A stretch of DNA of 64,000 nt from an uncultured Planctomycetaceae bacterium (GCA_963813715.1 CAWFAK010000007.1:640001-704000), one strand, 5' to 3'. Positions 45,223 through 57,272 are shown, counted from the first letter of the stretch. The notes: generated by a model from the letters alone, not told the origin. Translations and numbers: made by a program.

Positions 45223-47097
45223 ATGATTCACAGCCTGATTCACCGCCTGTCGCTCCTGTTTCTTGGTCTCGTTTGCCTAATCGCCCCCTCGGCGAACGCC
45301 GCGGATTGGAAACCAGGGGCCGGACCGCTGATGACGCGCTGGGCCAAGGACGTCTCCCCCGCCAATTCGCATCCGGAGTACCCCCGCCCGCAGCTGGTTC
45401 GCCAGGAATGGCTGAATCTCAACGGGCTGTGGGACTTTGCCGTCAAACCCAAGGCCGAAGACCGACCGACCGCCTACGAAGGCTCGATCCTCGTCCCCTT
45501 CCCCATCGAATCGGCCCTTTCGGGCGTGATGCGGCGAGTGACCCCGGACGAACGCCTTTGGTACCGCCGCTCGGTTACGGTCCCGAAAGAGTGGGGCACG
45601 CGACGAGTCCTGCTCCATTTTGACGCGGTTGACTGGGAAGCCACCGTCCTGATCGACGGCAAACAAGTTGGCGCGCATCGTGGCGGATACGCTCCCTTCA
45701 CCCTTGATGTGACAGAGCAGCTGCTCCCTGGAACGCCGCACGAGTTGGCAGTCGCCGTCTGGGACCCGACCGATGCCGGCACGCAACCCCGCGGCAAACA
45801 GACCAATAAGCCCTCCGGAATCTGGTACACGCCGACGACGGGCATTTGGCAAACGGTCTGGCTCGAGCCGGTGGTGAAAACGCACTTGCAGGACGTCCTC
45901 TTCCTGCCGGGCGGAGCGCCCAACGCCGTCATCTTGACGGTGGCGACCGCAGACGCAGGCAGCGAACTGCCGATCGACGTCGAAATCTTCGATCGTCTGG
46001 GCGATCCGGGCGTTACGCCGACCAAGCTGGCGTCCGCCAGTGGCACGTCTGCGACTCCGCTCGTCCTCACCGTTCCTTCGGACGCCACAACCTACTGGAC
46101 CCCGGATACGCCCCAACTCTACGGCGTGGTGGTCAAGCTCTCTAGTGCCGATCGCAAGCAGGTGCTCGACGAAGTGCAGAGTTACTTCGCCCTGCGGATG
46201 ATCGATGTGGTCACCGGTCCGCGCGATCGCGTCGCCCGGATTCGTCTCAATGAGCGACCGATCTTTTTGATCGGTCCGCTCGACCAGGGCTTTTGGCCTG
46301 ATGGCCTTTACACGGCCCCCACGGACGAAGCCCTGCGATCGGATTTGGAAACCACCAAGCGGCTCGGTTTCAACATGGTCCGCAAGCACGTCAAAATCGA
46401 GCCGGCCCGCTGGTACTACTGGTGCGATCGATTGGGACTGATCGTCTTTCAGGACATGCCGAGCGGCGATAAATCCGCGCCGGAAACAACGTCGAGCAAG
46501 GCCGAAATCACCCGCTCCCCCGAGTCGGCCAAGGAGTACGAGGCCGAGCTATTGGAACTGATCGCCTCGCGGCGGCAGTTCCCTTGCATCATCGGGTGGG
46601 TGCCGTTCAATGAGGGCTGGGGCCAGTTTGACACGGGCGGCGTCGTGCGGACGATCAAAGAACACGACGCGCGGCGGCTGGTGACACCCGCCAGCGGCTG
46701 GAACGACTTCCCGTTGGGCGATATCCACGACGTCCACTCCTATCCAGGTCCCGCTGCCCCCAAGGGGGAACCGCAGCGCGCCTCCATGCTGGGTGAATTC
46801 GGCGGACTGGGCCTGCCCACTCCCGGGCACCTCTGGTCGTCCGGCGGCAAGAACTGGGGCTATCGCAAATACCAGAACAACGACGAGCTCACGAACGCTT
46901 ATCTCAACCTGACCACCAAGCTGGCGCCGCTCATCGAGTCGCGGCTCTCAGCCGCCGTGTACACGCAGACGACCGACGTGGAAACGGAAGTCAACGGCCT
47001 GATGACCTACGATCGCGCCGTCATCAAGATGGATGTCGAAAAACTTTACCAGGCCAATCGGGCGCTGATCGAAATGGGGAGCGGGTTGCCTCAATGA
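45223..47097 (+). CDS. Glycoside hydrolase family 2 protein
   Basis: YPRPQLVR, LHFDAVDW, GFNMVRKHVK, WVPFNEGWGQ, LGEFGG. Confidence 0.92.
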   Translation: MIHSLIHRLSLLFLGLVCLIAPSANAADWKPGAGPLMTRWAKDVSPANSHPEYPRPQLVRQEWLNLNGLWDFAVKPKAEDRPTAYEGSILVPFPIESALSGVMRRVTPDERLWYRRSVTVPKEWGTRRVLLHFDAVDWEATVLIDGKQVGAHRGGYAPFTLDVTEQLLPGTPHELAVAVWDPTDAGTQPRGKQTNKPSGIWYTPTTGIWQTVWLEPVVKTHLQDVLFLPGGAPNAVILTVATADAGSELPIDVEIFDRLGDPGVTPTKLASASGTSATPLVLTVPSDATTYWTPDTPQLYGVVVKLSSADRKQVLDEVQSYFALRMIDVVTGPRDRVARIRLNERPIFLIGPLDQGFWPDGLYTAPTDEALRSDLETTKRLGFNMVRKHVKIEPARWYYWCDRLGLIVFQDMPSGDKSAPETTSSKAEITRSPESAKEYEAELLELIASRRQFPCIIGWVPFNEGWGQFDTGGVVRTIKEHDARRLVTPASGWNDFPLGDIHDVHSYPGPAAPKGEPQRASMLGEFGGLGLPTPGHLWSSGGKNWGYRKYQNNDELTNAYLNLTTKLAPLIESRLSAAVYTQTTDVETEVNGLMTYDRAVIKMDVEKLYQANRALIEMGSGLPQ

Positions 47098-48045
47098 GGT
47101 TTCGATCCATGTCGGCCGTGCGGGCGGCGCTGGTCGCTGTCCAGCTTTCCTTTGTCACTTTTCGCGCCGTCGCCGACGAGCCGAACGAGTTCCCGCCCGA
47201 GCTGACGCGCTTCGAGCCGCGCTCAGAACCCCGTGTTCACGGCCGAAGGGCCCGGACATTGGGACGTCAAGATGCGCGAGCGGGGCTGGATCCTCCGCGA
47301 AGGCGATGCTTGGCACCTGTTCTATTCCGGCTACGACGGCACGCGCGCCGGGATCAAGCAGCTCGGCCACGCGACCTCTCCGGACGGCCTGCACTGGACC
47401 CGCGACCCGCGCAACCCGCTCTACGGGGAGCACTGGGTCGAGGACATGATGGTCGTCAAGCACGGCGACACCTATTACATGTTCTCCGAAGGGCTCGACG
47501 ACCACGCCCAGATGCTGACCTCCGCGGATCTGATCCATTGGACCTGGACAGGCTTTCTGGACATCCGCAAAGCCAACGGCGAAAAGATCGCGCCCGGCCC
47601 CTACGGCACGCCGACCGTTCTCTTTGAAAACGGCCGTTGGCTGCTGCTGTACGAGCGCTACGACGCGGGAGTGTGGCTGGCCCAGTCGAGCGATCTGAAG
47701 ACCTTCACCAACATCCAGGACAACCCGGTGCTCGTTCCTGGCCCGGACAAGTACGACCGCAAGCTCATCGCGCTCAACCAGGTGATCAAGTACCACGACC
47801 GGTACTACGCCTGCTATCACGGCTCGCCGGGCGACTCCAAGCCCGCCATCTGGTCCAGCAACGTCGCCGTTTCCACCGATTTGATTCATTGGAAGAAGTT
47901 CCCTGGCAACCCGCTGCGGCCGCTCTCCGAAAATCGATCCAGCAATTTGCTGATCGACGACGGCAAGCAATTCCGCCTGTATACGATGCACGACGCCGTT
48001 TGGGTCTTTTTCCCAGCCCGCGTGGCATCCCAGCCTTCCAATTGA
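47094..48045 (+). CDS. Five-bladed beta-propeller glycosidase-like protein, frameshift near 47220
   Basis: Repeated ATSPDGLHW, TSADLIHW, SSDLKTF, STDLIHW, with NP motifs. Confidence 0.75.
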
Positions 48046-48297
48046 GCTGCCAAAACGCTGCGCGGTACAATGCCGCCAGTCTGCTAGAATGAGCCAACAG
48101 CTTGATAGAATAGTCTGACCAGCCAAAGGTTTACGCCGCTCGGCAATTCCCGCGTCAGATTTCGGCTGCCGATGCGACCAACAATCGATGGCCGGCGAGA
48201 CAAATTGAGGCTGTTCGGCCGTCTTCCTCTCGGGTGAATCGGGCGCACGGTTCGGAAAACAACCGCCGGCGCATCATCGCGAACACGGGGGCTAACC

Positions 48298-50009
48298 TTG
48301 CGAGCCATCCCCGCTCTCCTACGTCGACGTTGGCCGATAAGCGCGCTGGCGGCGGTGATCGTCTGTGTGGCTTGGATCGGTACGCAGACGTCGGCCGCTC
48401 CCCCGACGGAAAGCACGGCGACTGGCGGCGCCGCTTCGCAACCACAGGCTCGCGCGCCGGCGGAGGATCCCGTCACCTTGGTCGCCGCAGCCATCGACCG
48501 GCAGATTGCCGCCCGCTGGACCGAGGAAAACGTCGAACCGTCGCCTGCGGCCGACGATGCCGAGTTTCTCCGTCGCACGTTTTTGAACATCTCCGGCCGC
48601 ATTCCGACTGCCTCGGAAGCGCAGCAGTTCCTCGACGAGCCGGGCACGGTCAAGCGGCGGCGTCTGGTCGACCGCCTGCTGGCCAGCAGCGCCTATCCGA
48701 CTCACTGGGCCGATCTCCTTCGTTCAGTGATCGTCCCCGAGGCAAACACCGACCCCATTCTGCAGCAACAGGCGGAGGGTTTTGAGCGCTGGCTCCGCCG
48801 CCGCATCGCGCAAAATGCCGGCTACGACCGGATTGCCGCCGAGCTGCTCACCGACAACCCGCGTTCGGGCGACGCCCGCTTCTACTTCCTGGCGAAAGCC
48901 AACAAGCCCGAGAACCTGGCGGCCAGCGTGTCGCGGGTGTTTCTCGGCGTGCGCATCGAATGTGCCCAGTGTCACAACCACCCGTTCGCCAAATGGCGCC
49001 GCGAGCAGTTCTGGCAACTGGCGGCGTTCTTTGCGGGCGCCGAGACCGAGATGGGTGCGCGACCGTCTGATCTGCAGTTGGCCGAATTGACCATCCCGGA
49101 CACCGGCAAGAGAGTTTCAGCCCGCTTTCTCGACGGCAGCACGCCCATCTCGAAGTCGCCGAAACACGCCCCGCCAAAGGAGCTGCTCGCCCAATGGCTC
49201 ACAGCTCCCAGCAATCCCTATTTCGCGCGGGCAGCGGCCAACCGTGTTTGGGCGCAGCTCATGGGGACGGGGCTCGTCGATCCCGTCGATGACTTCGACG
49301 AATCGAATCCTCCGAGCCATCCTGAACTGCTCGACCTGTTGGCCGATGAGCTGGTCCGTCAGAAATACGACATCCGCTTTTTGATTCGCGCCATCTGCGC
49401 CAGCCGCACTTACCAGTTGTCGAGCATCCAGACCGATGCGCGACAGGCCAATCGCCGTCTCTTCGCCCGCGCTTCGGTCAAAGGGCTCGCCCCGGCCGAA
49501 TTGGCGGCGTGTTTGTCGCAGGCGATTGGCGAACCTGACGACCAGTCGGGCATGGAGGCCAATCCCTTCATCCCGGACCAAAACGGTTCGCTACGGTCGC
49601 TGGTGATGGAATTGTTCAAGAACGAGAACGTCGATCCGGTCGACAGCGAAACGACCATTCTGCAGGCCTTGGCCCTGATGAACAGTCACGTGATCGAAGA
49701 GTCGACCGCTCCCGGCCGCGGCACGACGCTGGCCGCCCTGCTCGACGCCCCGTTCCTCGACACGGCTGGCCACATCGAAATGCTCTATCTATCGACCTTG
49801 AGCCGCCGGCCGACCGCCCAAGAATTGCAACGCCATCTGGCCTATGTCGAACACGGCGGAGCGCACGCCGCCTCGAAGCCGAAGTTGGGCAATGTCTTTC
49901 AGCAGATGATCACGACAGACAAGTCGAAGACGCGAAGCGACCGCGACATCGCGCTGGGCGACATTTTTGGGCACTGCTCAACAGCAGCGAATTCTTGACC
50001 AACCACTGA
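48298..50009 (+). CDS. DUF1549/DUF1553 planctomycete protein, terminal frameshift
   Basis: ADDAEFLRR..GRIPT, FLGVRIECAQCHNHPF, NPYFARAAANRVW, PSHPELLD, LNSSEF. Confidence 0.92.
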
Positions 50010-50070
50010 GTTCGAGAAGACATTGAGCCGGACGCAGACGAGCTGGCGACCGAATTGAGCGAGGTGACGC

Positions 50071-51423
50071 ATGGTTTCTCGTCGTGATTGTTTGCGGATG
50101 GCGGCGGCGGGCGTGTCGTTTACCTCAGTCTCGGGTTGGTTCGGCTCGCTGGCGGCGGCGGCGCAAAAACATCCGGAGCGCAAACGCTCCTGCATCCTGC
50201 TCTGGATGCCCGGTGGCCCGAGTCAGCTCGATACCTGGGATCCCAAACCGGGACACGCCAACGGCGGCCCCTTCAAGGCGATCCAAACGTCGGCCCCCGG
50301 AGTGATGATCAGCGAACATCTGCCCGGCTTGGCCAAACAGATGAATCACGCCGCCGTCATTCGCTCCATGAGCACCAAGGAGGGGGACCACAATCGCGCC
50401 ACGTCGCTGATGCAGACCGGCTATCTGCCGCAGGGTCCGATTCGTTACCCCTGCTTCGGCTCGTTGTTCTCGAAGGAACTGGTCGACCCACATTCGGAGA
50501 TGCCCGGTTTCGTCAGCATCGCGCCCGCCACCTTCTTCCGCACGGGACCCGGCTTCCTAGGACCGCAATTTGCGCCGATGATTGTGGGCGGCGGCCCGGT
50601 TGCTCCGGCCAAGCCCGAAAAACCCGACTCGGATGCACCCCAAGAGATGGCTCCGGACGATTTTGGTCCGCCGCTCACGGTCGCCAACCTGGGGCGGCCG
50701 GCGGGCGTCACCTCGCGGCAAGCCGAGGCGAGGCTCGACATCCTCAAGCAACTCGACCGGCAATTCGCATCGGGCCGACCGGCTCCGCCGATTGCCAGCC
50801 ATCTGTCGGCCTACGAACGGGCCCTGCAGTTGATGAAGGCAAAAGGGAGCGAGGCCTTCGACCTCGATGAGGAACCGCAAAACCTCCGCGTGAAGTACGG
50901 CCGCAATCAGTTCGGCCAAGGCTGCCTGCTGGCTCGCCGGCTGGTCGAGCGGGGCGTGCCCTTCGTCGAAGTCTCGCTGTCCAACGGCGCCAACGCGCTC
51001 GGATGGGACACGCACGTCGAGAACTTCAAGGCCGTGCAATCGCTCTCCGAAACCCTCGACGCGGGCTTCGCGACCTTGATCGCCGACCTGGCCGATCGGG
51101 GCCTGCTCTCATCGACGCTGGTGGTCTGGATGGGCGAATTCGGCCGCACGCCCAAGATCAACGCCAACAACGGCCGCGATCACTTTCCGCTCGCCTGGTC
51201 GACCGTATTGATGGGGGGCGGCATCCGCGGCGGCCAGGCCATCGGCAAAACCGATCCGGACGGAATGCGCGTCGCCGCGCGCCCCGTCGCCGTCGGCGAC
51301 TTCCTCGCCACGATCTGCGCGAGTCTCGGCATCGACCCGACGAAACAAAACGTGTCCAACGTCGGACGTCCGATCCGCGTCATCGATCCCAAAGCCTCGC
51401 CGATCCGGGAAGCGCTCGCATGA
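50071..51423 (+). CDS. DUF1501 protein with Tat signal
   Basis: SRRDCL, LWMPGGPSQLDTWDPK, CLLARRLVERGV, WDTH, GEFGRTP, GRDH. Confidence 0.93.
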   Translation: MVSRRDCLRMAAAGVSFTSVSGWFGSLAAAAQKHPERKRSCILLWMPGGPSQLDTWDPKPGHANGGPFKAIQTSAPGVMISEHLPGLAKQMNHAAVIRSMSTKEGDHNRATSLMQTGYLPQGPIRYPCFGSLFSKELVDPHSEMPGFVSIAPATFFRTGPGFLGPQFAPMIVGGGPVAPAKPEKPDSDAPQEMAPDDFGPPLTVANLGRPAGVTSRQAEARLDILKQLDRQFASGRPAPPIASHLSAYERALQLMKAKGSEAFDLDEEPQNLRVKYGRNQFGQGCLLARRLVERGVPFVEVSLSNGANALGWDTHVENFKAVQSLSETLDAGFATLIADLADRGLLSSTLVVWMGEFGRTPKINANNGRDHFPLAWSTVLMGGGIRGGQAIGKTDPDGMRVAARPVAVGDFLATICASLGIDPTKQNVSNVGRPIRVIDPKASPIREALA

Positions 51424-53297
51424 CCGATCCCGCGACAGGAAGTGGTCGGTGGCGTGTGGCCGCAGGCTTCGCTCTCGTATCGGCTCTGCTCGCTTGGACG
51501 GGTCTGCTTGGAGCCGCGTCGGCGGAAGGCCCGTCCCCGGCGGCGAACTCGACCGAGTCGCCAGCCGCCGCCAAGACTTCCGACACTCAGGCCGACACTA
51601 CGGATCTGATCTTCCTTAGTGCAGCGCGGCCGATCATCATCCGCTTGCACCTCTCAGTCGACGGACGGCGCATGGCGGACTTACGATCGGCCATCGCGCG
51701 GCGGATTTTCGACACGCTCGACGCGAACAAGAACGGCGTCTTGGACGGAAATGAGCTCAAGAACCTGCCCACGCCGCAGATGCTGGCAACCGCCGGCCGA
51801 GATCCGGAGGCGCCCGCGGAAACTGCGCCTGCGGAAACGACTGCCGCGGCCGCCCCGCTTGTCCCCAAGGACGGACGAGTCACCCCCGAAACGTGGACTC
51901 GCTTCTTGTTTCCGCCGACCGGTGGCCCGCTGACCCGCGTGACCTTCGCCGCGCCGCCTCCGGCGATGAGGGCCGTGGGAGGCGACATGGAGACGCCGAC
52001 CGGTGGCGACCTGGCAGCCCTGCTCTCGGCGATCGATGCCGACGGGGACGGCCGATTGAGCGCGGCCGAGCTGTCGCACGTCGATGGCCTGTTTCGCCTG
52101 CTCGATCTCAACGACGACGAACAGGTTTCGCGCTCGGAGTTTGTGGCGCCCATTGACGCTCGCTGGGCCTCCAACCCCACTCAGGGCGGTTCGACCGGCC
52201 CCTTACTCCCCCTCGAGCCAATTTCGCACAGAAGCGAAAACCAGGCCGGCGACAACGCGCGCGGCGATAATTCGGCCCTCATTCGTCGGCTGCTCCAGAC
52301 GTTCGCACCTAAGATCGCGGATCCCAAATCTGTGAAGCCGGAAGGCAAGCCCAAGGCACCCGCAAAACCAATGGGAATTCCGTTGGAAGTCTTCGCCCCT
52401 TCCGACGACGCGGCCCGCTTCGACAAAAACGCCGACGGGCTGCTCGACGAGCACGAGATTGAGGCGTGGCTTGCCGATCCGCGGCCGCAAGCCGAGTTGG
52501 CCGTCGACCTGGTGATGACGTCGCTCAAGGAGTCGCAAGTTCGACCGTTGAAGGTGCTGCCGATGGCCGCCGCAGCCGGACTGGCGATCGAGACGCCGTC
52601 GCCCGGGCGCGTTTTGCTTCGCGTCGGACCCGCGCCGCTCGACTTGCAGGCGGCCGACGCCCCCCGTCGCGCGGCCGCGCGGACGAGCCGGTATCGCTCA
52701 ATGTTCAAGCGGGCCGATCAGAACAAGAACAACTATCTGGAAACCTCCGAGATTCCTTTCCTGGGCCAGGGGCTCGATTCGCGGGATTTCGAGGCCATGG
52801 ACCGCGACCACAACGGCATGGTGTTTGAAGACGAGTGGATCGCCTACCTGCGGCTGCGGGACGCGCTGGCGGAGGGGCGGCTGTCGCTCACGATTTCGGT
52901 CGAGTCGGTCGACCCGCTCACGCAGTTCGACGCCAACCGCGACGGCCGGCTCAACCGGGCCGAGTTTGCCGCCGCCCTGTCAGCCGTCGCCGCCTGGGAC
53001 CGCAATCACGACGGCTTCGTCACGCCGGACGAAATTCCCCGCACGCTCCTGGGCACGTTTCATATCGGCCCGACGCGATCCGTTTCCCTGCGCGGTCCTC
53101 GGTATTCGCGAATGAAAGCGTCGTCAAAACTGCAGCCCGCCAGCGACGCGCCTGTCTGGTTCCAAAGGATGGATCGCAATCAGGACGGCGAAGTTTCGCT
53201 GCGCGAGTTTCTCGGCCCCATTTCCGTCTTCCGCCGCCTCGACACCAACGGCGACGGACGGCTCGATGTTCACGAGGCGCAGGCAGCCCAAAAGTAG
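51420..53297 (+). CDS. Secreted multi-EF-hand protein
   Basis: About 10 Dx[DN]x[DN]G-type loops; ATGA overlap with the DUF1501 stop. Confidence 0.85.
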   Translation: MTDPATGSGRWRVAAGFALVSALLAWTGLLGAASAEGPSPAANSTESPAAAKTSDTQADTTDLIFLSAARPIIIRLHLSVDGRRMADLRSAIARRIFDTLDANKNGVLDGNELKNLPTPQMLATAGRDPEAPAETAPAETTAAAAPLVPKDGRVTPETWTRFLFPPTGGPLTRVTFAAPPPAMRAVGGDMETPTGGDLAALLSAIDADGDGRLSAAELSHVDGLFRLLDLNDDEQVSRSEFVAPIDARWASNPTQGGSTGPLLPLEPISHRSENQAGDNARGDNSALIRRLLQTFAPKIADPKSVKPEGKPKAPAKPMGIPLEVFAPSDDAARFDKNADGLLDEHEIEAWLADPRPQAELAVDLVMTSLKESQVRPLKVLPMAAAAGLAIETPSPGRVLLRVGPAPLDLQAADAPRRAAARTSRYRSMFKRADQNKNNYLETSEIPFLGQGLDSRDFEAMDRDHNGMVFEDEWIAYLRLRDALAEGRLSLTISVESVDPLTQFDANRDGRLNRAEFAAALSAVAAWDRNHDGFVTPDEIPRTLLGTFHIGPTRSVSLRGPRYSRMKASSKLQPASDAPVWFQRMDRNQDGEVSLREFLGPISVFRRLDTNGDGRLDVHEAQAAQK

Positions 53298-53421
53298 CAG
53301 CCCGCGGGACCGGCAGCCGCAACGCCGACGAGCGAACCCTTCAGATGACCTTGGATTTGGGTTGATTTCGGACTATATTCGCCGAGTCGGTCGGTCCCTC
53401 CCGAGGCCGAGCCGCAAATGA

Positions 53422-53513
<92 letters not shown>

Positions 53514-53600
53514 CCTCGTTCCCTTCCCTTTCCAAGTCCTAGCAACCCTGGACTTGGGAAGGGACATTTTGTTTCTCTCGACTGACATTGATCCTGGCCA

Positions 53601-54521
53601 CTACTTTTCGCGGTATTTCTCGCCGGCTTCGATCCGTACCTTCAGGACGTTCTGCTTCGGAGCGACCGGGCAGGTGGTGAAGTCGGAAAAAGCGCAAGGA
53701 GGGTTATAAGCCTTGTTGAAGTCGAGCGTAAAAGTGGCGTTGTCCTTCGGCTTCTTTTCGATGGTCAGGAAACGCGCCGAACCGTATGTGGTCTCCCCCG
53801 CCGTCTCATCCCGAAACACGAAGAACAGTCCTTCCTCCTCGGCGATGGCGTCAAGCTTGTAAGTTTCGCCGTTCAGTTTGAACTCCGCGAAACCGGGACA
53901 GGGTTGATTCGACACTTCGCCGATGATATTGACGACGCGGATCTTCTTGTCGGCCGCATAGGGCACGAACGTCGCTTCGACCTTAAACTTCTGGTCGGCG
54001 GGATACCAAACGCAGCCCTTGAAGTTCTTTCGCACCGCCGACTCGTTGTCGGCGAGTCGCAGGATGTATCGCCCACTCCGCACGATGATGTGCATGCGCA
54101 GGCGTCCCAAGCCCACCCAGTCAGGCTGATCGGTGCCGAGCACGCGCTCCTTCGTGAACGGCTTGTCGCCTCTGAGCATCGTAACGCCTTGTGCGAGGTG
54201 CAGCGTGACCTTTCCCGCGTCCGCATCGACGTGCAGCGTTCCCAAACGATCCGGGCCGACGCCCTTGAATTCGGGCGGAAAGACCACGTCATTGTCTTTG
54301 CCCGTGCCGAACGTGTTGTCCTCCGACTTCAGCGGGAAGCGGCCCGCAAGCGTTAACCATCCGTTGTCGGCCCGGAGGCTCTTTTCGCGGGACTCCCGCC
54401 ATGCTTGGAGTTCGTTGTCATAGACCCGATCGTAGGCGGCCGCAGGGATCGCCGTGCACACGGCGAGTGAAACCACGACAGACAACTTCACAATCACCTC
54501 AGTCGCCTCCGGAAAAAGCAT
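53601..54521 (-). CDS. DUF1684 protein
   Basis: GWLTLAG, FRDETAGETTYGSARFL, LDFNKAYNPPCAF..TCP. Confidence 0.9.
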   Translation of the reverse strand: MLFPEATEVIVKLSVVVSLAVCTAIPAAAYDRVYDNELQAWRESREKSLRADNGWLTLAGRFPLKSEDNTFGTGKDNDVVFPPEFKGVGPDRLGTLHVDADAGKVTLHLAQGVTMLRGDKPFTKERVLGTDQPDWVGLGRLRMHIIVRSGRYILRLADNESAVRKNFKGCVWYPADQKFKVEATFVPYAADKKIRVVNIIGEVSNQPCPGFAEFKLNGETYKLDAIAEEEGLFFVFRDETAGETTYGSARFLTIEKKPKDNATFTLDFNKAYNPPCAFSDFTTCPVAPKQNVLKVRIEAGEKYREK

Positions 54522-55015
54522 TGCGGAAACTGTTGAGTCCTAAAGTATTCGCACTGCCCGCCGAATAAAAGCGATGGATCGGCTACCATGTGAGTTACGC
54601 GCGCGAGGGAGAACTCGTTGACGACACAACACATTCCCGCCTCAGCGGCGACAAACGAACGCGAGGGCTCACGGTAATCAGTGTTCCGGGAAGGCACAAC
54701 CTGCAGTGCCGGCCGTAAAAGTGCGATAGCCGCGGATTTTTGTTGCTAACATCGAGTGCAGGGGCAGCGTCGTTCGGCACTCGCTTGACCCGGCGGCCGT
54801 CAGCGTTTCCCAGCGATGTGTACCATCCTCAACACGTATGAACACGACAATTGCGGCGTTTGAATCTGGTTCGCAAACAGACATCATTGGAGCACACGGT
54901 GAATCCCTTCCGTCAACTGGCAGTTTCAAAGCGACTGCCGAGCATCGACGGCTACGATCCAGGCGCCGCGCTCCCCCCGCACGGCGTCCTGCCATCCGAG
55001 GTCTCTGTGAGCGGT

Positions 55016-55568
55016 TTGAAGTCGCGAATTTGCAAACGAATCGGTTCGTTCCGCGCGTTCATTGCGATCGGCGTGGTGCTCAGCGCGACGCCGGCCTTGC
55101 AGGCGGAACACGCCAGAATCGATCTACGCGTGATCGGCGAGGGACAGGAGGTGTACGCCGCCGCGGACCAGGAACCGCCGGCGGGCGGGCGGAACAAACC
55201 GCCCGTGCTGAAAGTCCATGTGCACAAGCCGCTCGTCTTGCAGTTTTTTCTCACGAACACGTACCCGCACGCAGTTATCGAACACGTCAAGGTTCTTTAC
55301 TATGTCGTGCGCGTGGACAAGCTCGGCCCCAAGGCGGCGCCGTCGTTCAGCGAACCAACCGAGCCCGACAAAAATGCGCAGCCGGCGTTGGAAACGGGGA
55401 TCGTGACGAAGGGGCAGTTCGTCGCGGATTTCAAGCCGGACTGCCGCGTTGGTACCCGGTTGAAGTTTCAAATTACCGAACCGGGCCTCTATAGCGCCGC
55501 GCGTCGAAACGGTCGGCACTCAGAGCGATCACGAACATTTCTCGGCCATCGACCTGGTGGCCGAATGA
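55016..55568 (+). CDS. Secreted hypothetical protein; start uncertain, frameshift near 55500
   Basis: Signal-like segment, ADQEPPAGGRNKPP; HEHFSAIDLVAE* in the shifted frame. Confidence 0.6.
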
Positions 55569-55655
55569 GCGCGGATTGTGCTCAGGCGGGTCACCCGCCA
55601 ACTCGTGCTTCGTTCTGTTCCTCTGGAACCTGTTGCTAAACGATCTGAAGTTGCC

Positions 55656-56907
55656 ATGGCTGTGCCCTCTCTGGTCAAAGCGATACTCTCGGTGGTCTCC
55701 GCTCTATTTACGTCGGCGCTCCTCGCACGACTGCCTGCTGACGACGCCAAGGAGGCCCCGGGGCATCCCCAATCTGAGAGGAGCCCTTTTCTGGATGCCC
55801 TTTTGCGCCGAAACCGGTCGTCATCGCCAAGCCCGTGCAATGGGTCAGCGCTTTCGGTGAACAACAAGGCTTGCTGGTTCGAGAGGCTGTCAATGAACGG
55901 CTTCCCGCCCTGCTCTTGATTGCAAGTGCTCGCTCGAATAATTTTTTCCTGCAGTCAGCCCACGAGTTAGCCAGCATCGGCTTCACTGTCTTGCTGGTGG
56001 AAATCGACGGGAACCAAAATGAAGTGCCTCCCGGACTAGCTCCCCCCCAACAAAATGATGCGATCCGTCTCGAGCGAGGGCTCGCGCAACTCGGCTCGGC
56101 CGTCCGCTGGTTGCGGCGTCGCGGGGACGTGTTCCCCGAAAAGATCGGTGTCCTGGGTTGGGGGAAAACGACCCACCTCGCGCTGGAACTCGCCGCCGCG
56201 CAGAATTTGCAGGCCGCCGTCCTGACCGATGTCGAGTTGCCTCTGGTGCTCGATCCGCCGCTTTCAATCGGACTCGGGCAGACGGCCGTGTTCATCGTCG
56301 TCGGCGCGTACCAGGTGACTCCGTCGGATAGGGAATTTTCTGCGAGGCTGGAGCGCGCGTTTGAGATCGCACACGTCGAGCACCGCGTCCTAGAACTTAA
56401 ATCTGCGAAAACGGGCTTCATGGATAGCCAGCGACGCGAGGCATTCGACGCCAAGTCGGCCGATCGCGCCTGGTTCGAGATCTACGAATTCCTCGGCAAG
56501 CATGTCGAAGATGCGGAGCTCAAAACGCCACTCATCACCGCTCGAAGTTCCGACGTTGCGCCTGCGGCCCATCCATTTGTCTCGATCGGCGATGTGATGC
56601 GCGCGGTCAACGGTGCTTCGGGAGTATGCGGAGACGTGGCGCAATCGCTGAACGAAGATCCACGGGAAGAGAAGGATTGGAAGCTGCTTCGCGCCGGGCG
56701 GCAATCATGGCGGATTCCGGCGCATTGCTCATGGGCCTCCAGCCGCCGAAAGGTAGCCCGTCGAGTTGGCAGCGGCACGCGGCCTCGTATCGCGGAGCCG
56801 CTACCGCCTTAGCCGCTGCCGCCGATCGGCGCAACATTGCCGAAGTGCGGCAGGCTTTTGCTCGCCTCAAGGCCAACTGCAGTCGGTGCCATTCGGATCA
56901 TCGATAG
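55656..56907 (+). CDS. Dienelactone-hydrolase-like domain fused to cytochrome c'-like domain, frameshifted
   Basis: KIGVLGWG, FDAKSADRAW; C-terminal LKANCSRCHSDHR. Confidence 0.65.
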
Positions 56908-57203
56908 TGCCAGCCCTGCGTCTCCCGCATCCGAATCCATGGTGAAGAATCGTCGCAACCCTAGGATCCCGAGGCTTGCGCGAGTCGTGGTCCGGAGCCG
57001 TTCGTAATGCCCGATTTGAGGTCCGACGAAGTACTTGGGCCGATCGATGGAATGAGCTGCCCAGTCTGCTACAGACAGCCCCTCCAATGCCCCTCGTAAA
57101 GCGGCGACAGGGATGATCAAAGATGACCAACCCAATCTCATTGGTCTCTTTGGAGTTACGATCACAAGATCGTTTGCAGCCGAGGGAAAGGGCTCGGCCT
57201 TCG

Positions 57204-57222
57204 TCGAATTCCGATCTCTCGC
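57204..57222 (+). repeat. Degenerate copy of tRNA-Ser 3' end (putative att)
   Basis: tcgaattccgatctctc-gc versus tcgaatcccgatctctccgc at 53495. Confidence 0.55.
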
Positions 57223-57231
57223 TTGAAAGGA

Positions 57232-57272
57232 ACGAGGCTCGCAGGCACCAACAAGCGCCCTGCGAGCCTCGT
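57232..57272. terminator. 14-bp perfect hairpin, probable terminator
   Basis: acgaggctcgcagg ... cctgcgagcctcgt. Confidence 0.6.

Noticed and set aside
51003..51419. N-terminal extension of the 764-aa EF-hand ORF
   Set aside because: Overlaps DUF1501 out of frame; the real start is ATG 51420, followed by a signal peptide
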